Below, in pieces: positions 58,194 through 64,000 of a DNA stretch of 64,000 nucleotides. Made by a program: the position numbers and the translations under genes. The notes beneath the pieces were generated by a model, which saw only the letters and a list, made by a program, of their open reading frames with translations, had not been told where the DNA came from and searched no databases. This DNA is from Anaerolineae bacterium (GTDB lineage Bacteria > Chloroflexota > Anaerolineae > UBA1429). How positions within the stretch are numbered: position 1 is the stretch's first letter; every line of letters starts with the position of its first letter. The stretch lies in contig JAXGON010000012.1 in assembly GCA_040767425.1 (NCBI GenBank), positions 11,764-75,763 on the forward strand. The letters are read 5' to 3'.

Positions 58194-58201
58194 GGAGGGG
58201 C

Positions 58202-59233
58202 TTGATGCTGACGCGCGAACGCCTGTCCGACCTGTTGGCCACGATGAGCTCGCTGCGCATCCTGGTGGTGGGCGACCTGTTTCTCGATCGCTATCTGGAG
58301 ATCGATCGGTCGCTGGCCGAGATCTCGTTGGAGACAGGGCTGGAGGCTCACCAGGTCACCGCGGTGCGGGCCAGCCCCGGGGCCGGCGGCAACGTAGTGG
58401 CCAACGTGCGGGCGCTGGGGGCGCAGGTCAGCGTGGTGAGCATCATCGGCGATGATGGTGAGGGCTATGTGCTCAGGCGCTGCCTGGAAGAGCTGGACGT
58501 GGACATGTCCGGCCTGGTGGTAGCCTCCGATCGCTTCACCCCAACCTACATCAAGCCGATGATGCACGAGCCGGACGGGCACGTACACGAGCTCTCCCGG
58601 TTGGACATCTGTAACCGCACGCCCACCCCAGCGCGCTGGGAGCGGGAAGCCATCGAGGCGTTCCACGATCTGGCGGGCAAGGCCGATGGCATTTTGGTGG
58701 CCGATCAGGTGACCGGCGACGAGCTGGGCGTGATGACCACGGGGCTGCGCGAGGCGGTGATCGAGAGCGCCCGCAGCAACTCTGGCAAGCCACATCTCGT
58801 TGATTCGCGCATGCGGGTGGGGCTGTACCGGCACCTCATGCTCAAGCCCAACGCCGCCGAGGCGCTACGGGCGCTGGGGCGAGAGGCAGAGGAGGTGATA
58901 CCGCTGGAAGAGGCAGGCGCCGTCGGTGTGGAGCTGGCCCGCCGAGGGGGGCGTATCGTGTTCCTGACTGTCGGCGAAAAGGGCATTCTCGTCTGCGACG
59001 CTGACCACGCAGAGAGGGTGCCGGCGGTGCCGGTCCGGGGCGAGATCGACGTGGTGGGGGCCGGCGACACCACGATCGCGGCCATCGCGGCCTCGCTATG
59101 TGCTGGCGCTACGCCTCTGGAGGCGGCCTCGATCGGCAACCTGGCGGCCTCGGTGACCATCCAGTGTATCGGGACCACCGGCACCGCGTCGCCGCAACAG
59201 ATCGTGGCAGCCTGGGAGCGGAACGTTCGCTAG
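58202..59233 (+). CDS. PfkB-family sugar kinase, RfaE-domain-I-like (D-glycero-beta-D-manno-heptose-7-phosphate kinase-like)
   Basis: LRILVVGDLFLDRY N-terminal motif and DVVGAGDT catalytic motif as in the HldE kinase domain. Confidence 0.6.
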   Translation: MMLTRERLSDLLATMSSLRILVVGDLFLDRYLEIDRSLAEISLETGLEAHQVTAVRASPGAGGNVVANVRALGAQVSVVSIIGDDGEGYVLRRCLEELDVDMSGLVVASDRFTPTYIKPMMHEPDGHVHELSRLDICNRTPTPARWEREAIEAFHDLAGKADGILVADQVTGDELGVMTTGLREAVIESARSNSGKPHLVDSRMRVGLYRHLMLKPNAAEALRALGREAEEVIPLEEAGAVGVELARRGGRIVFLTVGEKGILVCDADHAERVPAVPVRGEIDVVGAGDTTIAAIAASLCAGATPLEAASIGNLAASVTIQCIGTTGTASPQQIVAAWERNVR

Positions 59234-59910
59234 TAGACGCTCACGCCTGGGATCGGCTCTCGCTCGCCCAGGATCGGCTTGGGGTGCAGGACGTTGAGAT
59301 CCCACCATGCTGCCCACGTGGCGGCCACCTCGCGCCACCGGTAGCGCTGGATGTACACGTATGATCGCTTGTCGGCCGGGACACCCACGGCGTCGATGCC
59401 CAGCCGGTTGGCGGTATAGAGGGCCCGATCGAGGTGGTAAGCCTGGGTGACCAGGACGGCATCTTGGACGCCAAAGATGTGTAGCGCCCGATAGCACGAG
59501 TCATAGGTGCGGCGCCCGGCATAGTCGAGGACGATCGCCTCGGCCGGCACGCCAGCGCTGACGGCATAGTCCCACATGGCCTGGGGTTCGTTGTACTCTA
59601 GCCGCGAGTTGTCGCCGCTCATGAGCAACACGCTGACCTTGCCGGCGTGATAGAGCTCAGCGGCGGTGTCGACGCGGTCGGCCAGCACCGGCGTGGGGGA
59701 GCCGTCCGCCCAGAGGCCCGCCCCAAACACCACGGCGACGTTGCGAGGAGGGACGTCCTCGATGCTATAGACGCGATCAGCGAAGCAGCGTTGGGTCCAG
59801 GCCCGTAGCCCGAGCGGCCATGCGATCAGAGCAATGGCGCCGCATAGGACGGCGACCAGTACCATCATCCACTTGGGCGCACGACGCCGCTGGCCATGAA
59901 TGCTGAGCAT
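59230..59910 (-). CDS. SanA/YdcF (DUF218) family membrane-anchored protein
   Basis: N-terminal TM then the DUF218 core (VVFGAGLW.DG.P...L..R...A..LY..GKV..LL.SGD); start at the internal Met. Confidence 0.65.
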   Translation of the reverse strand: MLSIHGQRRRAPKWMMVLVAVLCGAIALIAWPLGLRAWTQRCFADRVYSIEDVPPRNVAVVFGAGLWADGSPTPVLADRVDTAAELYHAGKVSVLLMSGDNSRLEYNEPQAMWDYAVSAGVPAEAIVLDYAGRRTYDSCYRALHIFGVQDAVLVTQAYHLDRALYTANRLGIDAVGVPADKRSYVYIQRYRWREVAATWAAWWDLNVLHPKPILGEREPIPGVSVY

Positions 59911-60047
59911 AATCCTCTCTCGGCGGGGGACTCGTGGTTGGGTTGGTTGCTCTATAGACTCTCCGGGCGGCGGCACGGTTCCATGGGGGGCGCATCCCGC
60001 CTCCGCACGCGGTGTTCCCATCCTAGCAAGGAAAGGGGGATGCGGCA

Positions 60048-60524
60048 ATGAGCCAGTCGAGCACTGGGAGATGGTTCGAGGATCTGCAGGTTGGTGATGT
60101 GGTGATCAGCCCCGCACGGACGGTGACTGAGGCGGATGTGACGCTGTTTGCGGGACTATCGGGCGACTATAACCCCCTGCATACCGATGCGGTGTATGCT
60201 CAAGCCACACCTTTTGGCCAACGGATCGCCCACGGGCTGCTGGGGCTGTCGGTGGCCTCCGGGCTGGTGGCTCGGGCGGGCCTGACCGATGCCAACGTGC
60301 TGGCATTCATGGGGCTGACCTGGAAGTTTCGGCGGCCCGTGTTCTTTGGCGATACGATCCACGTGCGCGCCGAGGTGGTACACACCCGGGCCATGCCCAG
60401 CGCGGGGGGCGGTCTGGTCACGCTCAAGCTGGCGGTGACCAACCAGGACGATGCTGTGGTCCAAGAAGGCGAGTGGAAGCTGATGATGCGCGCGCGTAGC
60501 GCGGCTCCCGGCGACAGCTGCTAG
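60048..60524 (+). CDS. MaoC-family (R)-specific enoyl-CoA hydratase/dehydratase
   Basis: Hot-dog fold motif YNPLHTDAVYA...GQRIAHGLL. Confidence 0.75.
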   Translation: MSQSSTGRWFEDLQVGDVVISPARTVTEADVTLFAGLSGDYNPLHTDAVYAQATPFGQRIAHGLLGLSVASGLVARAGLTDANVLAFMGLTWKFRRPVFFGDTIHVRAEVVHTRAMPSAGGGLVTLKLAVTNQDDAVVQEGEWKLMMRARSAAPGDSC

Positions 60525-61711
60525 TCGTCGAGACCGGTCAGCGGCAGCAAGAGGCGCCAGAGCCGCTGGATAAAGCCACGCCAGGTTCGCCGGCTGCGGC
60601 TGCGAAGGTGGGCCCACCCGTACAGGGCCTTGCGTCCCAACGAGTGCCACCAGGACACTCGTCCGCCAGGCTCGGCGTCGCCCCATTCGAGCAGCGCCGC
60701 TGCCCAGGTTAGGCCCGCGCCGAACCCGACTAGGATCACCTGTTCCCCGGGCCGGAACCGCCCGCTCTCGGCCGCCTCGCACAAAGCAATGGGCACCGAT
60801 GCGGCCGAGGTGTTGCCGTAACGCTCCAGGTTGCAAAAGAACCGGCTCTCATCTACCTGGAGCCGCTTGGCGGCCTGGGCAATGATCCGCTGGTTGGCCT
60901 GGTGCGGCACAAAGTGGTGAACGTCTTTGACCGGCACCCCCGCTCGCTCGGCCACGCGCTCACAGGCATCCGCCATGGTCTGCGTGGCAAAGCGGTACAC
61001 CTGGCGGCCATCCATACGGAGGGCGTGCTCCTTCTGGAGTACCGTCTCGGCGCAGGCGGGGCGGGCGCTGCCTCCGGCGGGCACATACAGCATCTGGCTG
61101 CCGGAGCCATCCGAGCCGAGGAGCGTGCTGCGGATGCCAGCCGATCCCTCGGTGGCTCGCAGCAGCACCGCGCCGGCCCCATCACCAAAGAGCACGCAGG
61201 TGGAGCGATCCTCCCAGTCCACCATCCGAGATAGCGTGTCAGCGCCGATGACCAGAACCAAGTCGCTTTCGCCTGACGCAATAGAGCGATGGCCCATCAC
61301 CAACGCATACACAAAGCCCGAGCAGCCGGCGCCCAGATCAAAGGCGCCGGCATTGGTCGCGCCGATGGCGTCCTGAACCAGGCACGCCGTGCTGGCCAGG
61401 GGATAGTCGGGCGTTGCGGTGGCGACAATGACCAGATCCACCTGGCGTGGGTCGGCATCGGCACGCTGAAGGGCCTGGCGGGCGGCGGTGATGGCCAGCG
61501 AGGCGGTGGTGTCTCGCGCTTCGGCAATCCGTCGCTCGGCGATGCCGGTGCGCGAACGGATCCACTCGTCAGAGGTGTCCATCCTCTCGGCCAGATCGGC
61601 GTTGGTGACTACCTGCGTCGGTAGGCCCATGCCCCAGCCAACGATGGCGGCGCGGCGCGTCAGCTTAGGCCTCCCATCGCCGGAAGGCGAGGCACGCGTT
61701 GTGGCCGCCAA
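60521..61711 (-). CDS. fabH: 3-oxoacyl-ACP synthase III
   Basis: AAIVGWGMGLP...VVTNADLAERMDTSDEWIRSRTGI; active-site C (GAGCSGFVYAL), H and N regions. The TTG start gives a 46-nt overlap with fabF, so the true start may be downstream. Confidence 0.8.
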   Translation of the reverse strand: MAATTRASPSGDGRPKLTRRAAIVGWGMGLPTQVVTNADLAERMDTSDEWIRSRTGIAERRIAEARDTTASLAITAARQALQRADADPRQVDLVIVATATPDYPLASTACLVQDAIGATNAGAFDLGAGCSGFVYALVMGHRSIASGESDLVLVIGADTLSRMVDWEDRSTCVLFGDGAGAVLLRATEGSAGIRSTLLGSDGSGSQMLYVPAGGSARPACAETVLQKEHALRMDGRQVYRFATQTMADACERVAERAGVPVKDVHHFVPHQANQRIIAQAAKRLQVDESRFFCNLERYGNTSAASVPIALCEAAESGRFRPGEQVILVGFGAGLTWAAALLEWGDAEPGGRVSWWHSLGRKALYGWAHLRSRSRRTWRGFIQRLWRLLLPLTGLDD

Positions 61712-62906
61712 AGCCGAACGAGTTGCTCAGAGCCACGTGGATATCGGCGTGGCGAGCAGCGTTGGGCACATAGTCGAGGTCGCAGCCTGGATCGGGGGCG
61801 TCCAGGTTCATGGTGGGCGGCAAGACGCCCTCCTGGAGGGCCTTGAGGGTGAAAGCTGCTTCCAAGGCGCCGGAGGCCCCCAGCAGGTGGCCGGTGACCG
61901 ACTTGGTCGAGCTGACGGCAATGTCATCCGCCGCCGCGCCCAGGGCTGCACGGATGGCGCGGGTCTCGGTGACGTCGTTGAGGGGCGTGCTGGTGCCATG
62001 CGCGTTGATATAGTCGACGTCCTGCGGAGCCAGGCCGGCGTCGGCCAAGGCCAGGCGCATGCATCGAGCCGCCTCGGCGCCATCCTCCAGCGGGGCCGCG
62101 ATGTGGTAAGCGTCGTCGGTGGAGCCATAGCCGACCAGTTCGCCATAGATGCGGGCGCCGCGAGCCTGGGCGTGATCCAGCGATTCCAGGATCAGGATGG
62201 CCGCGCCCTCGGCGATGACAAAGCCGTCGCGGTCCTTGTCAAAGGGTCGGCTGGCGGCCTGGGGGTCGTCGTTGCGCTCCGAGAGGGCCCGCATGGCGCA
62301 AAAGCCGGCCACCCCGATGGGCACGATGCTCGCTTCGGTGCCCCCACAGAGCATCGCATCGGCGGCGCCGCGGCGGATCATGGCAGCGGCCTCGCCGATG
62401 GCGTTGGCCCCGCTGGCACAGGCCGAGGTTACAGCCATGTTAGGCCCGCGCAGGCCACAGTCAATGGCAACCTGCGAGGCGGCAGCATCGGGCAGAATCA
62501 TGGGCACCAGAAAAGGACTGACTCGCTCGGGGCCGCGAGAGAGCAACACCTCTATCTGCTGGGAGAGGGTCGTCATTCCGCCGATGCCCGAGGCGACCAC
62601 CGTCCCCATGCGCTCGGCGTTGGGCGGCGGCGTCTCGAACCCGGCGTCGGCCATGGCCTCGCGAGCGGCGATCACACCATAGATGAGGACCGGATCCATG
62701 CGCTTGGCCTCGCGCCGGTCGAAATGATCGGTCGGATCCAGGTTCTTGACCTCGCCGGCGATCTGGCTGCGATAGCCCTCGGGATCGAACCGGGTGATGC
62801 GCGTGATGCCAGAGATGCCGGCTACCGCCGCAGCCCAGCTGGTTGGCAGATCGTTGCCGAGGGGGGATACTGCACCCATGCCCGTTACCACCACGCGAAT
62901 TGCCAT
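61665..62906 (-). CDS. fabF: 3-oxoacyl-ACP synthase II
   Basis: MAIRVVVTGMGAVSPLG; catalytic Cys (VTSACASG); HGTST and GHLLGASG motifs. Confidence 0.85.
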   Translation of the reverse strand: MAIRVVVTGMGAVSPLGNDLPTSWAAAVAGISGITRITRFDPEGYRSQIAGEVKNLDPTDHFDRREAKRMDPVLIYGVIAAREAMADAGFETPPPNAERMGTVVASGIGGMTTLSQQIEVLLSRGPERVSPFLVPMILPDAAASQVAIDCGLRGPNMAVTSACASGANAIGEAAAMIRRGAADAMLCGGTEASIVPIGVAGFCAMRALSERNDDPQAASRPFDKDRDGFVIAEGAAILILESLDHAQARGARIYGELVGYGSTDDAYHIAAPLEDGAEAARCMRLALADAGLAPQDVDYINAHGTSTPLNDVTETRAIRAALGAAADDIAVSSTKSVTGHLLGASGALEAAFTLKALQEGVLPPTMNLDAPDPGCDLDYVPNAARHADIHVALSNSFGFGGHNACLAFRRWEA

Positions 62907-63059
62907 CGAGAAACCTCCCGTTGCCCACTTGCTCATGCTATCGATCAGATAAACACTTGTTCACTCAGATGGTTGCACCGAATCGTGGCGAGACGGGTAG
63001 CGCAACGTCAAGCCTAGGGAGGTGTTAGAGTCCACAGACCGTCTACATGAGGAGGATAG

Positions 63060-64000
63060 ATGCTGCGCACACCACTCACCGAGCTTCTTGGAATCCAGCA
63101 TCCCATTCTGCAGGGGGGCATGGCATGGGTGGCCACTTGGGAGCTGGCGCTGGCGGTCTCCGAGGCGGGGGGCCTGGGCATCTATGGTGCCGGAAACGCC
63201 CCGCCCGACCTGGTGCGCGATCAGGTGAGACAGATCGCCCAACGCACCGACCGCCCCTTTGGTCTGAACATCCCGCTCTTTAGCCCGTATGTCGATGAGG
63301 TTCTGACGATCTGCGAGCAGGAGGGGGTGCCGGTCGTGACCACCGGTGCGGGCAATCCTGCGCCTTACATGGACCGCCTCAAGGCCGCCGGCATCAAGGT
63401 GCTGCCGGTGGTGGCCTCGGCGGCCCTGGCTAAGCGACTGGAGCGGGCTGGCGCCGATGCTGTCATCGCCGAGGGCTCCGAGTCCGGCGGGCATATCGGA
63501 GAGGTGGGTACGCTGCCGCTGGTGCCTGCAGTGGCGGATGCGGTCGCCATTCCGGTGGTTGCCGCAGGGGGCATCGCCGATGGGCGCGGGTTGGCGGCCG
63601 CTCTGGCCCTGGGCGCGGCGGGGGTGCAGATGGGCACGCGGTTCATCTGTACGGAAGAGTGCATCGCCCACGCCAACTACAAGCAGGCCATCGTGCGGGC
63701 CAGCGAGCGCTCCACCATGGTGACGGGCGCGACGCTGGGGCATCCGGTGCGTTGCATCCGCAACCAGATGGCGCGCGCGTTTGACGAGCTGGAGAAACGT
63801 GGCGCCCCGGAGGAAGAGGTGGTGAGCTTTGGGACCGGTCGCCTGCGGCAGGCGGCTATGGAGGGCGACGTGACCGCCGGCTCGCTGATGGCGGGCCAGG
63901 CGTCGGGCTTGGTGCATGACGTGGTGTCAGTGCGCGAGGTGGTGGAGCGCACGATCCGCCAGGCGGAGGAGGTCATGGAGCGGCTCCAGCATTGCTGTCG
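63060..64000 (+). CDS. fabK: enoyl-ACP reductase II (FabK)/nitronate-monooxygenase-family FMN enzyme, 3'-truncated at window edge
   Basis: ATG 63060 after GAGGAGGA; open frame to the end of the window; LLGIQHPILQGGMAWV...VVAAGGIADGRG..AA.ALGA.GVQMGTRF matches the NPD/FabK family; located divergently from fabF-fabH. Confidence 0.65.
   Translation, partial: MLRTPLTELLGIQHPILQGGMAWVATWELALAVSEAGGLGIYGAGNAPPDLVRDQVRQIAQRTDRPFGLNIPLFSPYVDEVLTICEQEGVPVVTTGAGNPAPYMDRLKAAGIKVLPVVASAALAKRLERAGADAVIAEGSESGGHIGEVGTLPLVPAVADAVAIPVVAAGGIADGRGLAAALALGAAGVQMGTRFICTEECIAHANYKQAIVRASERSTMVTGATLGHPVRCIRNQMARAFDELEKRGAPEEEVVSFGTGRLRQAAMEGDVTAGSLMAGQASGLVHDVVSVREVVERTIRQAEEVMERLQHCC

Overview
High-GC (roughly 65-70%) bacterial chromosomal segment. 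It is densely coded and mostly syntenic housekeeping sequence interleaved with two glycan-biosynthesis/modification clusters. Gene content and a T-box leader on pheST suggest a Chloroflexi/Thermomicrobia-like or other Gram-positive-type lineage. Genes I recognise from the translations: trxA, a CsoR-family repressor, pgeF-yggS-proC-yggT, rpsT, eno, an ADP-forming acetyl-CoA synthetase, pheS/pheT, feoAB, a Ser/Thr kinase, xseAB, an OmpR-type response regulator, rsgA, and fabH-fabF plus a 3'-truncated fabK. Glycan machinery includes two polyprenyl-phosphate glycosylphosphotransferases, several GT2/GT4 enzymes, an O-antigen-ligase::GT26 fusion, a large GT-C-like membrane protein, two alkaline-phosphatase-superfamily paralogs and three URO-D-family paralogs. 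Most notable: a thioredoxin-fold ORF just downstream of trxA that is interrupted by an in-frame TGA exactly at the CxxC nucleophile position (UxxC) with a hairpin immediately 3' (candidate selenoprotein); a HerA/FtsK-like (DUF853-type) NTPase with a long coiled-coil tail inside the glycosyltransferase cluster; a STAND-like ATPase-TM-TolB-propeller protein; and an SPFH/double-zinc-ribbon operon with a palindromic operator. No mobile elements, CRISPR arrays, rRNA or obvious tRNA genes were seen. Many long antisense ORFs in the six-frame track are GC artifacts.
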